A DNA stretch of 16,851 nt from Candidatus Micrarchaeota archaeon (GCA_043805855.1 JAZDHP010000002.1:1-16851), one strand, 5' to 3'; positions 1-9,005 are shown, counted from the first letter of the stretch. Program-made: numbers and translations. Notes: a model not told the origin generated them from the sequence alone.

Positions 1-1
1 A

Positions 2-100
2 TCTATAGACAAAACTAGTGTCACTTGTAGGTAAAAATTGCTTTACTTTTTCTATTCCTTCCATTTGTTTATCGTCAACGCGCAAAGATACCGTTCTCAC
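2..100 (-). CDS. Ribbon-helix-helix (CopG/UPF0175-like) small DNA-binding protein, possible antitoxin; truncated at window edge
   Basis: Not in the ORF track. Manual translation from GTG at 100: MRTVSLRVDDKQMEGIEKVKQFLPTSDTSFVYR... It has an alternating beta-strand (TVSLRV), a helix and an S-x-V-x-R second helix typical of RHH proteins. RBS GGTGAT (111-106) lies 5 nt upstream. Confidence 0.6.
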   Translation of the reverse strand, partial: MRTVSLRVDDKQMEGIEKVKQFLPTSDTSFVYR

Positions 101-184
101 AAAACATCACCAGATATTACAATGCAATAACTGGTATTAAATGGTTTGCTTTAGGTGGTTATTGTTTTTTTCTCTGGGATTCGT

Positions 185-3004
185 TTACGGTAGGAAGTCT
201 TGGTTTTTGATTTTTTCAGGTAGGTATGTATTTGAGATGTATTGTAGTGATTTGCTTGAAAGTGCTTGGATTTCTGCTTTGAGTTTCTTGTCCAAGAACA
301 AGTCGATTTCGTTTTGCCATTCTTTTGACTTGAACCACGCGTAGGCTTTCATTTCCTCTGCGCGTTTTATGTCGACTTCCTTCGCTTTAATCGTAACGTT
401 GCGCAAATCGTAGTGTTCAATGTCGCTGGTGCTCATGCCGAGGAACTTTAACTCGGGACATCCGAGTCTCTCGCTTTCATGCGCGAGTGCCATTGACCCG
501 TATTTCATTGTGCTGTATATATACCATCCGTACGGGTCAGAATCGGTGTTATGTAATAGTAAGTCGCCAACTCCAGCTACGAATGAATGAGTGGGGGCTA
601 TTTCTACATCGTAAACCATTTCGTCTGTTGGCTGAACTTCTTTTATTCTCTTTACCTGTAGTAAACATACTTTATTTTCAACAAGGTTTTTTAAGACTAT
701 TAATTTTCTGATTTCTTCAGTGGTTAATGCTAGTACTTCTGCAGTTTTTGTCCAAACTAAATCGCCTTTTATTTTTTCTGATTTTACTATTCCTTTTCTT
801 TCGAGTTTTTTAAGTGCCTTGAAGGCGGTTATAAACTTGCAATTAGTCTTTTGGCCTATTTGTCTTGTTGACGCTGGAGATTTTGTTACTTTGTCTAAAA
901 TCTTATCGCACATGAGTATCGAAGTAGGTTCGGCAGAAAGCAGTGGCGAGATTTTTTCAAAAGCCACTCGGTTATAGTTTCCGACAAAATGTGCAATTCC
1001 CTTTTTCGTAGTTTTGTATATAGCTTTTTGGACTTGCTTTAAAACTTGTGCAGGGATTGTTTTATAAATTGGCAATTTGGTGATTGGTTTTTGTAAGTAG
1101 TTCCAAACTGCTTCCCTTTTGCCTTTTGCAAGGTCAAGTACTATTGGTTCAAGCAGCCTAAGTGTTCCTTTGTCATATACGTTGACGTTGTACCGTTCCT
1201 TTTCTTTTTCGTCTTTACTTTTAAGTTGTTGTACGACTGCAAACCCGCCAATTTGTTTTATTAAATAGACTAAATCTCCAGCTAGTTTTCTACTAACTGT
1301 TGTTCCTGATAATCTGCAGCCTTTTTCAGAAAATGCCAGTGTGCCGTCGCCTCGGAAATAGCCGCGTAGAAACTCAATTTTAACTTCCCTAGGTGCGTTG
1401 TAAATAGCCCATGGGATTTGTTTGTTTTCAGCGCCTTTGCCACATTGGAATAGTTTGTCAAGGACTTCTCCAACAAAAGCGCCGCCGAACTGTACTCTAA
1501 TTGAAGATTTGCCTTTTTGTAATGTGGCTTTAACGTCAAAAACATCTTTAACTAGATTAACTGCATCTTGAGCGTAAGTGTTTTCTTCGTGGCTTCCAAA
1601 CGTTAATTTTACGCCGTTTTCTATATGTCCCTCTGCAACGTAGTAACCTAGAAGTCTTCCCAGTGAAGGTGAAATGTCTAGCTCGGGTTTAAAGCTAAGT
1701 TCAGATTCGCCAAACTTAATTCTGTCGGGTGTTCCTTCAAAAGTTTGTAGTTGCTTGAATTCGCCGTTCTCGTAAGCAGCTTTTATTTGTTTTGACAACT
1801 CTGGAATTTCATTTATTTTTTCAACTAAGTTTATCTTGGTTAGCTGTTCGTTTTTGGGTACTGAAAGTACTGAAACTAAGTAGTCGGTTTTCTTAATTTC
1901 TTCTGGTTTGCGCGAGACTATTTCAAATTCTTCGCTGTCGAACACCTGCAAGCTATGCGACCTAGTGACGCGCACTGAATAGCCAGCTTGACTTTGAACT
2001 TCTAATAACGGTTCTTTTATTTTGTGTCTAACCGCATTTTTAATAATGCCAGTGTTTGCTTTTCCTTCTGAATTAACTTGTATTGACCGCCCAAATGCAA
2101 GGCTTTTTTCATGTGTACCGAGGTTTGTAATTCCATAGATGTTCATTGCAGTGTTTACAAATTCGCCAATACGCGGGCGCGTTATTAATCCCATTTCATC
2201 AATTATTGTTATTGGCTCTCCAGCGTCTACACTTAAGCAGTAGCACGGTACTTTTAACTCGCTGCTAATGCGCTGTAGTAATCGACGCGCTCCACGTGCA
2301 GCTTGTCCTGCTGTTGTCATTAGCAAGCATTTATTTTTTGCCCAGTATCCGTCTTCGTTTAAACGGTCAAAAATAGCATTTTTCTCCGCAACTAAAACGA
2401 ATTCGATACCAACGTCTTTGAATTCAATTTGTTCTACGATTGAAGGTACTGCCCATCCGCCTGAGCCCATTCTTGACAAGTCAATACTGTCGACTTTGTC
2501 TCGAACTCGGTCAAGCACGACCATGTCGCCAGCCATTCTCCCTTTAGGTTCTGCTCTTAGATGGAGTCGCTCGCGGAAACTGTCCATTGTTACTTCTAGG
2601 TCTACAATTGCCAAGTCACTTTCTTTTTGTTCTTCAATTGTTTCCTCCTTGAATCCTTTGATTGTTCTTTTCTTCGCGTAGTAAAGGTCTCGAAGTGTGG
2701 CCGTTAAGTTGTTTCCGAGTAAATCTTTCTTTACGTAGGAGGCAACGAGCATTGTCTGCATAAAACGGCGCGCGTGCGCGACGTTGAATAAGTATCGTTT
2801 TGCCATTTTGTCGCCTAGGAGGATTTTCTTTTCCTTTTCGTCGAACAAAACGTTGGCTGAACCGCGGATTGGAATGTCTAAGTGTAAGTTGTCGCCTGCG
2901 TTGATTTCTTTTATCAAGTCGTTTCCCAACACAGTTAGCTTTTCTTGCATTTCTGTTCTCTTTTGTTCTGGAGTTTGTATTTTGGATTTGTCAGTTTTAA
3001 CCAT
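185..3004 (-). CDS. top6A: DNA topoisomerase VI subunit A (Spo11 family), intein-containing precursor; 377 aa after splicing
   Basis: Catalytic Tyr motif TLRDLYY, Toprim Glu (VAEKNAIF), TAGQ, DxD motif (TDSDPYG) and C-terminal KAEIQAL. Directly downstream of top6B. 939 aa minus the 562-aa insert gives 377 aa, a normal Top6A size. Confidence 0.96.
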   Translation of the reverse strand: MVKTDKSKIQTPEQKRTEMQEKLTVLGNDLIKEINAGDNLHLDIPIRGSANVLFDEKEKKILLGDKMAKRYLFNVAHARRFMQTMLVASYVKKDLLGNNLTATLRDLYYAKKRTIKGFKEETIEEQKESDLAIVDLEVTMDSFRERLHLRAEPKGRMAGDMVVLDRVRDKVDSIDLSRMGSGGWAVPSIVEQIEFKDVGIEFVLVAEKNAIFDRLNEDGYWAKNKCLLMTTAGQAARGARRLLQRISSELKVPCYCLSVDAGEPITIIDEMGLITRPRIGEFVNTAMNIYGITNLGTHEKSLAFGRSIQVNSEGKANTGIIKNAVRHKIKEPLLEVQSQAGYSVRVTRSHSLQVFDSEEFEIVSRKPEEIKKTDYLVSVLSVPKNEQLTKINLVEKINEIPELSKQIKAAYENGEFKQLQTFEGTPDRIKFGESELSFKPELDISPSLGRLLGYYVAEGHIENGVKLTFGSHEENTYAQDAVNLVKDVFDVKATLQKGKSSIRVQFGGAFVGEVLDKLFQCGKGAENKQIPWAIYNAPREVKIEFLRGYFRGDGTLAFSEKGCRLSGTTVSRKLAGDLVYLIKQIGGFAVVQQLKSKDEKEKERYNVNVYDKGTLRLLEPIVLDLAKGKREAVWNYLQKPITKLPIYKTIPAQVLKQVQKAIYKTTKKGIAHFVGNYNRVAFEKISPLLSAEPTSILMCDKILDKVTKSPASTRQIGQKTNCKFITAFKALKKLERKGIVKSEKIKGDLVWTKTAEVLALTTEEIRKLIVLKNLVENKVCLLQVKRIKEVQPTDEMVYDVEIAPTHSFVAGVGDLLLHNTDSDPYGWYIYSTMKYGSMALAHESERLGCPELKFLGMSTSDIEHYDLRNVTIKAKEVDIKRAEEMKAYAWFKSKEWQNEIDLFLDKKLKAEIQALSSKSLQYISNTYLPEKIKNQDFLP
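548..2233 (-). mobile_element. Intein (562 aa, residues 258-819) with LAGLIDADG homing endonuclease and an additional wHTH domain
   Basis: Block A SVDAGEPITI (Ser1), block B VRVTRSHSL (TxxH), LAGLIDADG blocks LLGYYVAEGH and FLRGYFRGDG, block H SRKLAGDLVYLIKQIG, block F VYDVEIAPTHSFVAG, and block G LLHN followed by Thr+1. Removal restores VPCYCL|TDSDPYGWYIY, matching the Top6A P-x-Y-x-(L/F)-T-D-x-D-P motif. Confidence 0.93.
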
Positions 3005-3021
3005 AAAACATCACTTATTTT

Positions 3022-4692
3022 CTACTCTGGATTCTCTCCTTCTTCTTCGATTTCTTTTTCAGCAGCTTCTTCCATTGCTTCGAGTTCCTTGTCGCTTGCG
3101 TCGTCCATTTTTTCAAGCAGTGCGGTTTTCTTCTCTGCAATTTTGCGCAATTTCTCCTCGAGTTCTTTTTGTGGTTTGCCAGTCACGTCGTGAAGTGCTT
3201 CTGCAACTTCGCCTATGTACTTGAAGAAAATTTGACGGCGTTGCTCTTGTTCTTCCGCTTTTTGAATCGCGTGTAAATACAAACTAACTTGCCGCGCGCA
3301 TTCCATTATTGCACTGCGAATTTCTTGCACGATTTCATCTTCTGCGCTTACTGCCATTTTTCCTGCGCCAGTGTAGGGAATGTGTACGCTGACAATGTTG
3401 ATGAAAATACTAATGTGCTGGTTTTCCCAATCTTTCAAATCATAGCGGTTCCAGTCAATTGACTTTACAGCTTCCATTGTTGCGCACGAACCTGCGTCGA
3501 ATAGCAACGGCGTTCTGTTTGCATAACGTAGTACTTCTGCTTTTGTCTGGTCGCCTACTTTCATTCCTGATTTGCCGCCGTAGGCAATTGCAGCTTCGAT
3601 TAGAAATGGAATTCCACCGCGGAAAACTTTTGGCTTTCTCTCGACGACTTTCATTTCTTCTGGTGCGAGTAAGTTCTTTAGTGATTTTGCAATGTGGTTT
3701 TCGCCAATTGGGATTAACGAGTCTGTTTCTGGTGCGATCCATTTCATTTTTTGAATGGTGTTTGTGATTTTTTCAGCTTCTGGCCATGTAAGCACTCGCG
3801 GTGCACGGTCGAAGTTAATATCAGGATGTAGCGCAGCGAGTTCTTTTACTTTGTCGCTTGAAAATCTTGAAAAGTCACTTGTTAGGAACGAGGCAATTTT
3901 TCTCGCTGTTGACGCTTGTGCCATTTCAATAAGGTCAGCTGTTGTAATTCCAAGCGGGTGCGGCAGTACTGCTTTTGGTTTCCTTGGAATTTCTTTCACT
4001 GCACGGGGAAATACAGTAACTTCTTTATTAGGTTCAACTAGGGTTATCTGCGCGTGTGGGTTTGACAGTGCCGTGCGCCGTAGGTATTCGTAGACGCTGT
4101 ATTCACTTCGGTTGTAAGTTACTTCTGCGAATTCAAATTCAATTCTCACTCCGCGAAAGTTTTTTGAATATTCTTGTTCGTTTATAATTATTGGCTGGTT
4201 TGTCTTGACGTCAATTGAAATGTCGCACTCGAATACCTTGTGGTCGCCTGTGCTGGTTTTAATATGAGTTATTTTGCCGGTTGTTAACTGTGAGAAAAGC
4301 ACGGCGTATGAAACTCCGATTCCTTGTTGTCCGCGTTTTTGCTTGCGTTGGTGGAACTTTGTACCTGCTAGGAGTTTGCCAAAAGCTTGGCCGACGTTTT
4401 TCTTTGGCACCCCAGTTCCATTGTCTTCCGCGATTACTTTAATATGGCCATCTGGAAGTTCTTGTATTTCAACGTAAATTTCTGGCAACACTCCCGCTTC
4501 TTCTGTTGAATCCAAGCTGTTTGTCACGATTTCGTGGACAATTGTTGTAAGCGAGCGTACTTTGCCGGAGTAGCCGAGCATCTGCCTGTTTCTTTTGAAG
4601 AACTCTGCTACTGAGTATTCTTTAAATTCTTTTGAAAGTTGCTCTTCTGTTGGAGTTTGTTCTTTTGCAGTTGGTGCAGGTGTAGTTGCCAT
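3022..4692 (-). CDS. top6B: DNA topoisomerase VI subunit B (GHKL ATPase)
   Basis: SVAEFFKRNRQMLGY N-terminus; GHKL motifs HEIVTNSLD, DNGTG and RGQQGIG; transducer motif RYANRTPLLF; adjacent to top6A. Confidence 0.97.
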   Translation of the reverse strand: MATTPAPTAKEQTPTEEQLSKEFKEYSVAEFFKRNRQMLGYSGKVRSLTTIVHEIVTNSLDSTEEAGVLPEIYVEIQELPDGHIKVIAEDNGTGVPKKNVGQAFGKLLAGTKFHQRKQKRGQQGIGVSYAVLFSQLTTGKITHIKTSTGDHKVFECDISIDVKTNQPIIINEQEYSKNFRGVRIEFEFAEVTYNRSEYSVYEYLRRTALSNPHAQITLVEPNKEVTVFPRAVKEIPRKPKAVLPHPLGITTADLIEMAQASTARKIASFLTSDFSRFSSDKVKELAALHPDINFDRAPRVLTWPEAEKITNTIQKMKWIAPETDSLIPIGENHIAKSLKNLLAPEEMKVVERKPKVFRGGIPFLIEAAIAYGGKSGMKVGDQTKAEVLRYANRTPLLFDAGSCATMEAVKSIDWNRYDLKDWENQHISIFINIVSVHIPYTGAGKMAVSAEDEIVQEIRSAIMECARQVSLYLHAIQKAEEQEQRRQIFFKYIGEVAEALHDVTGKPQKELEEKLRKIAEKKTALLEKMDDASDKELEAMEEAAEKEIEEEGENPE

Positions 4693-4760
4693 GTTTTTTC
4701 AACACTCTTTTTAGCATTATTGTTTTTATATTTTTTTGTTTTATGTTTTTATGAGATTTT

Positions 4761-5267
4761 TTAATATTCTTTTTTGTTTTCGAGGAACTTGTAAACGCTT
4801 TCGTGGGGTGAACCTTCGAGAAGCCGAATTATGGCTTCTTTTGCATTTTGCAAGTCTTGAAACTTGCCGAGGATAGTGACGTTGTCTGTTAGGTTTGAAA
4901 CTAAAATGTGGGTGTCACTTAGCTGTTCTAAGTTTTTCCTCGCTTTTCCACCTTCGCCAATTATTCGCGATTTTGCGCGCTTGACGTCCTTTTCTTTACG
5001 GTGAAAAGCGTTTTCAAGGTCGATTGTTTCAAGGAAATATTCATCGTTAAACAATTTAAACGCGTGCTTGGGTTCAAAACCATAAACAAGCGCTTTGATA
5101 ACTTGCTCTGCAATCCACTCCGCGCCACCGTTCTCCTCGTCGTTTGCAGTTATTTCAACTTCATCTTCTTTTACAACTAGCGCAACTGCTCCGCGTTCTT
5201 CTATCTCTCGCAAAAGCTTCGCGTCGAAAACCTTTTTAGCCGTCTTTGATAATTTAAAAACTCTCAT
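4761..5267 (-). CDS. KH-domain pre-rRNA processing protein, Dim2/Pno1 family
   Basis: KALVYGFEPKHAFKL, KH loop SRIIGEGGKAR and C-terminal LLEGSPHESVYKFLE. Lies in the conserved archaeal aIF1A-rio1-KH-top6B-top6A neighbourhood. Confidence 0.9.
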   Translation of the reverse strand: MRVFKLSKTAKKVFDAKLLREIEERGAVALVVKEDEVEITANDEENGGAEWIAEQVIKALVYGFEPKHAFKLFNDEYFLETIDLENAFHRKEKDVKRAKSRIIGEGGKARKNLEQLSDTHILVSNLTDNVTILGKFQDLQNAKEAIIRLLEGSPHESVYKFLENKKEY

Positions 5268-5370
5268 GTGAATATCAACTCATTAAGTAAATGCGAATAA
5301 TTACAATAACTTTAGGAACGTCAAAGCTAATTTAAATACCGGTTGTGGTTTTAAAGCAAAAACGCGGGTC

Positions 5371-5411
5371 AATAACGTTTTAAAATCAGGGGGCGTAATG
5401 CTTTTCAGGTG
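5371..5411 (+). promoter_or_regulatory. Putative BRE/TATA box and RBS for the orphan ORF
   Basis: AATAACG-TTTTAAAA at 5371-5385; AGGTG at 5407-5411, 8 nt before ATG 5420. Confidence 0.45.
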
Positions 5412-5419
5412 TTTTTGAA

Positions 5420-5731
5420 ATGACTGAACCGATAGAATTGATGCATAGGCGAATAGGTACTGCGTTAACTAAGTTAGGTGTGACTTTTACGGCTGATGCT
5501 AAATCTGGAGCATTAACTATTCCTTTACATGCGGGAAATTCGCATATATTTGAGCATCATCAAGACGCACTTGGATTTTCTGCTGGACAACCTATTCATG
5601 AGCAATTGGGCGAGTGGGCTAGGTTCATTTGCAGAAGTCGTATGAGCGACCATGCTGTGCGCGCTGGTTTATCTGAATATACTTCTAAAGCGCCTCGCAA
5701 CATCACTCTTGAAGTTCATCGCAAACGTTAA
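5420..5731 (+). CDS. Hypothetical His-rich protein, 103 aa
   Basis: Fills the gap between dim2 and rio1 without overlap. Has a plausible promoter, RBS and a T-rich tract after the stop. No family recognised. Confidence 0.7.
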   Translation: MTEPIELMHRRIGTALTKLGVTFTADAKSGALTIPLHAGNSHIFEHHQDALGFSAGQPIHEQLGEWARFICRSRMSDHAVRAGLSEYTSKAPRNITLEVHRKR

Positions 5732-5749
5732 TTTTCTATTTCTTTTATT

Positions 5750-6499
5750 TTAACTTTGTATTTCTTCTAGGATTTCTTCTTTGCTTGTGTTTACGCCGCG
5801 TTTTGAGAAGTATTTCGCGATGTTGTCGCAGTCTTTTTCTAGGAATTCCTGCGCGTGCGGGTGTTCTTTTTTCACCGCCTGCGCAAAGTCAATAAACCAC
5901 ATGCGCTCTCCGTTCGTGAGGATATTAAATTCGTTTAAATCCGCGTGCACTAGGTTTGCTTTTTGCATTTTTTTCATTTCGCGAATTATTTGTTCGTAAA
6001 TTTCAAGTGGGTTTTCCAGATTAACGTCTTTCAATAAATGGTACGGTCGTCCGCCTTCGCCTATTAGTTGCATTACGATTACATTTTCGCGGTACTTTAT
6101 CGGCGCAGGCGCTGCAATTTCGTTATCTTGACAGATTTTCAAGTTGGCAAATTCTTTTCTGCTCCATAGTTTTACAAGCGAGCGGTGGCTTAGTTGAACT
6201 GATGGAAATCGTGGGTCGCCGTGAATGTACTTCATCATGCTGCCCCTGAGAAACGATGAGGTTTCGTATTTGAAAATCTTTACTGCGACGTCGCCTTCTT
6301 CGCTTGTTCCTTTGAATACAATTGCTTCTTTTCCTTCGGAAATTGGGTAGTCTAGTGAAGTGATGTATTTGTTGTTACGTAAATAGAAGATTACATCTAG
6401 CGTTTTATCGTCAAAAACGTGGCCTGCAATTTTAGAACGTGCAGATAGCGGTTTATCTATGCGGTTTGGTCTTTTTCTCTTTTCTAGTCTACGTGCCAT
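5750..6499 (-). CDS. rio1: RIO1-family atypical Ser/Thr kinase
   Basis: P-loop ISEGKEAIVF, VAVKIF, WSRKEFANL, catalytic loop VHADLNEFNIL and IDFAQAV; located next to aIF-1A. Confidence 0.94.
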   Translation of the reverse strand: MARRLEKRKRPNRIDKPLSARSKIAGHVFDDKTLDVIFYLRNNKYITSLDYPISEGKEAIVFKGTSEEGDVAVKIFKYETSSFLRGSMMKYIHGDPRFPSVQLSHRSLVKLWSRKEFANLKICQDNEIAAPAPIKYRENVIVMQLIGEGGRPYHLLKDVNLENPLEIYEQIIREMKKMQKANLVHADLNEFNILTNGERMWFIDFAQAVKKEHPHAQEFLEKDCDNIAKYFSKRGVNTSKEEILEEIQS

Positions 6500-6514
6500 A
6501 ATTAATAATTAGAA

Positions 6515-6808
6515 TTAAGTGTTTTTTATTATTCCCATTCTGCGCAGGGTTTCCACTTGTGCTTTTATGTAGCGGTAAGCGATGTCGCCTTTTTCGTTTG
6601 GTTCAACTGACCACGGCGCTACAATTACGTAGTCGCCTTCCATTACCCAAATGTTCTTTTTTATCTTTCCCGGAACGCGGCACATTCTTTCTTTGCCATC
6701 TTGACATTGTACTAGCATTCGTGCGCCGCCCATTAACTGAGTTACTAACCCGAGAACTTCTCCCTTGCGGGGTGTTCTTATTCTGAATTGTTGTTGTGGT
6801 TGATCCAT
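6515..6808 (-). CDS. eif1a: Translation initiation factor aIF-1A
   Basis: GEVLGLVTQLMGGARMLVQCQDGKERMCRVPGKIKKNIWVMEGDYVIVAPW...KGDIAYRY OB-fold signature. Confidence 0.96.
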   Translation of the reverse strand: MDQPQQQFRIRTPRKGEVLGLVTQLMGGARMLVQCQDGKERMCRVPGKIKKNIWVMEGDYVIVAPWSVEPNEKGDIAYRYIKAQVETLRRMGIIKNT

Positions 6809-6855
6809 TTTGTTTTTTATAGCCTCTTCTTTATAATTTAAATATTTTCACTAAT

Positions 6856-7275
6856 TTAGCTGCGTACGTTGTTAACGGCACCGCACGCTTCGCATTTTAA
6901 CACTTTGACGTAGCGGTCTCCAGTGTCTTCAATGTGCGTGTCTGGCTTACTGCATTGTGAGCATAAAACGTGAGTTTTGCAATAATCTGCGATTTTTTCA
7001 TTTACTTGCCTGTCACGGAACTTACCGTGTAGCAGTAATCGACCGCCTTGCTGTGATTCGCTTGGAACTGCTAGTTCTTTTGACAAGTATTTTCCAACTT
7101 CTACTGGCGTGCGTCTTAGTTTCGCGCATGCTGCGTCGAAGTTTTTTACAATTGTTTTATTGCCTTGTAGAATTGTTTCAACTAAAGGGCACTCGAAACG
7201 CTCGCCGCTGTTTAAGTTTTTCTTTGGTAACTTAGCGTAGATGTTGTCCAGTAAAGCGTCGTAATTATATTCCAT
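6856..7275 (-). CDS. Translation initiation factor aIF-2 beta subunit
   Basis: YDALLD, ERFECP, GNKTIVKNF, YLSKELA, and C-terminal zinc ribbon CSQCSKPDT...CEACGA. Confidence 0.95.
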   Translation of the reverse strand: MEYNYDALLDNIYAKLPKKNLNSGERFECPLVETILQGNKTIVKNFDAACAKLRRTPVEVGKYLSKELAVPSESQQGGRLLLHGKFRDRQVNEKIADYCKTHVLCSQCSKPDTHIEDTGDRYVKVLKCEACGAVNNVRS

Positions 7276-7337
7276 AATTCAAGGATTAGGGAGGGCTAGA
7301 TATATTAAACGTATATAAACCACGAAAAATGGAGGGG

Positions 7338-8120
7338 CTAGAATAGCACTGTGCCTATTAGTATTCCGAGGAGAGTTCCAGCGGTTATTGGCGGCAACGC
7401 GGGTAGGTAGCCTTTGCGTTTTTGTAAAATGTAAAGCAACACGTACAAGCCAAGTGCCGCGCCGATTATTCCAATCAAAGCAGGTGCGCTTGTAAATGCA
7501 ATTTTTGTTCCGATTTTTTCACTTGCTACGATTAACATTGCGGGAATGACAATATCTCCAGTTCCAAGTTCGAGTTTTTCTTTTTTGTCAAATATTTTTA
7601 TTGAAAACGCTGCGCCGCGATTTCCTAAATCTTTTGCAAGTGTAATCATATGCTTTGTGTAAAACACCGCAACAATGTCGTAGCCAGCTAGCAGTGCAGC
7701 GAGTAGCGCTGCGGGGAAAATATCTAAACTAGCGCCGAGTAGTGCGCCGACAACTGCGATTGTTATCAAAAGTAGTGCTTGTCGTGTTTCGTTCCATTTT
7801 AATCGCACGGCAATTGCAGCGATTGCTACTAGTATTGCAAAACCTTCGGGGATTATTGTGCTCAATAGTAATTGCACGGCGATGAATAGCGTTGCGAGTT
7901 CAATGAACAGAAAAAGTAAGTTGCCCTTGTATACTTTCAAAACGGCGAGTAGTGCAATTGCGAATATAACAATTATTCCGAATAGATAGAGTGGCGTTTC
8001 AGTGTTTTGCGGGTTTTCAACTGCGGTTACGTTGTTGGTTATGAACTGTGCGCCGATTGCCAGTGCAGCGATTTGAACAAGTAGAAAAATAAGAATTGTT
8101 TTTGTAAAAAGTGGTTTCAA
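7338..8120 (-). CDS. Presenilin/signal-peptide-peptidase-like GxGD intramembrane aspartyl protease
   Basis: Multiple hydrophobic helices; YD motif (GYDIVAVF..KHMITLA), GxGD (LGTGD) and PAL (LPALP); TTG start. Confidence 0.9.
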   Translation of the reverse strand: MKPLFTKTILIFLLVQIAALAIGAQFITNNVTAVENPQNTETPLYLFGIIVIFAIALLAVLKVYKGNLLFLFIELATLFIAVQLLLSTIIPEGFAILVAIAAIAVRLKWNETRQALLLITIAVVGALLGASLDIFPAALLAALLAGYDIVAVFYTKHMITLAKDLGNRGAAFSIKIFDKKEKLELGTGDIVIPAMLIVASEKIGTKIAFTSAPALIGIIGAALGLYVLLYILQKRKGYLPALPPITAGTLLGILIGTVLF

Positions 8121-8186
8121 ATGTTCGTCGCCTGTAAATTAAAGATATTTGATAGTTAAATTTGAGCTTGTTTTGTTCTTTTGTCG

Positions 8187-8891
8187 TTAGATTTCAATTT
8201 CTTTATTTGTCGCGTTTAATATTGCAGTTTTCGTGTTTGCACAGCAGTGGTTTTTAACAAGTGTGCTTAGTTCTAAAAGTGCTTTTTCCAATTCTGCAAT
8301 AGTTGCTGGCGGTAAGCATTCAATTACCAGGATTGCGTTTTTCGTTTCTTTAGTTAGTTTAGTTCTGTCGGTTTCGCGCCAGTTGAACCTTCGGCAAATT
8401 GCATTTTGCTCGTCTTTGTAAATAACTTCTCCTTCGTGTGGCGATCGAGCTTCTTTATCGCCTAATAACAACGTCTGCGGTTCGTTTGGCCCCGCTAAAG
8501 TAAGCTGCAAGTCGCCTTTAATTTTGTCAATATCTTCTCCTCCAACTGGAAGCATGTACTTTAGAGATATAAAATTGTAAGCGTCTACGAGTTGGTTAAT
8601 GTGCTTTAGTTCAATTCCTTTCAAAACTAGCCGATAAAGGTTTTCAACTGATGACCTGTGTTCTTTTGGCTTTGCACCGAAAGAGACGTAAGCGTTTCGC
8701 CACGCTGCGATTTTTGGTTCGTTGATAAATGTTTCAGCTAAATATTTGACGCGTATTTCAGTTTCAATTTTGCGCAGTGTCGTTTGTATTTCTTCGCTTT
8801 GGCTTGCGTTGTTTAAGTCTTTTGCAATTACAACGCCAATGCACAAGTTTGGAAATTTATTGAAAATAGTTGCGTTGATTGAAAATTTCAT
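8187..8891 (-). CDS. Stand-alone B3/4 domain protein (PheRS-beta editing-like, putative trans-editing deacylase)
   Basis: AWRNAYVSFGAKPKEHRSSVENLYR, INQLVDAYNFISLKYMLPVGGED, GEVIYKD and CRRFNWRE are characteristic of stand-alone B3/4 proteins. Confidence 0.9.
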   Translation of the reverse strand: MKFSINATIFNKFPNLCIGVVIAKDLNNASQSEEIQTTLRKIETEIRVKYLAETFINEPKIAAWRNAYVSFGAKPKEHRSSVENLYRLVLKGIELKHINQLVDAYNFISLKYMLPVGGEDIDKIKGDLQLTLAGPNEPQTLLLGDKEARSPHEGEVIYKDEQNAICRRFNWRETDRTKLTKETKNAILVIECLPPATIAELEKALLELSTLVKNHCCANTKTAILNATNKEIEI

Positions 8892-8942
8892 AATTAGCTG
8901 TAGACCTAAACGTTTTTCAATCTATTGGCTCTAAAGGTATAT

Positions 8943-9005
8943 GTAAGTCCTGCTCTGAGGGTTTGAGACTCATGGTCGAATACCGCGTAAGGGGAGGCAC
9001 CTTAC
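8943..9005. ncRNA. Candidate DUF3800-associated structured RNA (strand unresolved)
   Basis: 63 nt at 54% GC (34/63) in AT-rich surroundings, abutting the DUF3800 stop codon. Pairings: GTAAG(8943-47)/CTTAC(9001-05), TGAG(8956-59)/CTCA(8969-72), GGT(8974-76)/ACC(8982-84). Alternative hairpin GTAAGG(8987-92)/CCTTAC(9000-05). Confidence 0.5.

Noticed and set aside
2234..2239. Cys256 (CLSVD) as the first intein residue
   Set aside because: The extein needs P-x-Y-x-L before TDxD. Starting at Ser258 restores this motif and gives a normal block A (SVDAGEPI).
141..4477. Short alternative-frame and antisense ORFs over top6A/top6B (e.g. 2268-2681, 2784-3224, 3455-3742, 3755-4093)
   Set aside because: They overlap well-supported genes and have no recognisable motifs; treated as shadow ORFs.
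8943..9005. tRNA gene or simple terminator
   Set aside because: It has a T-arm-like loop but no 7-bp acceptor stem or anticodon arm, and no U-tract follows the structure on the gene's strand.
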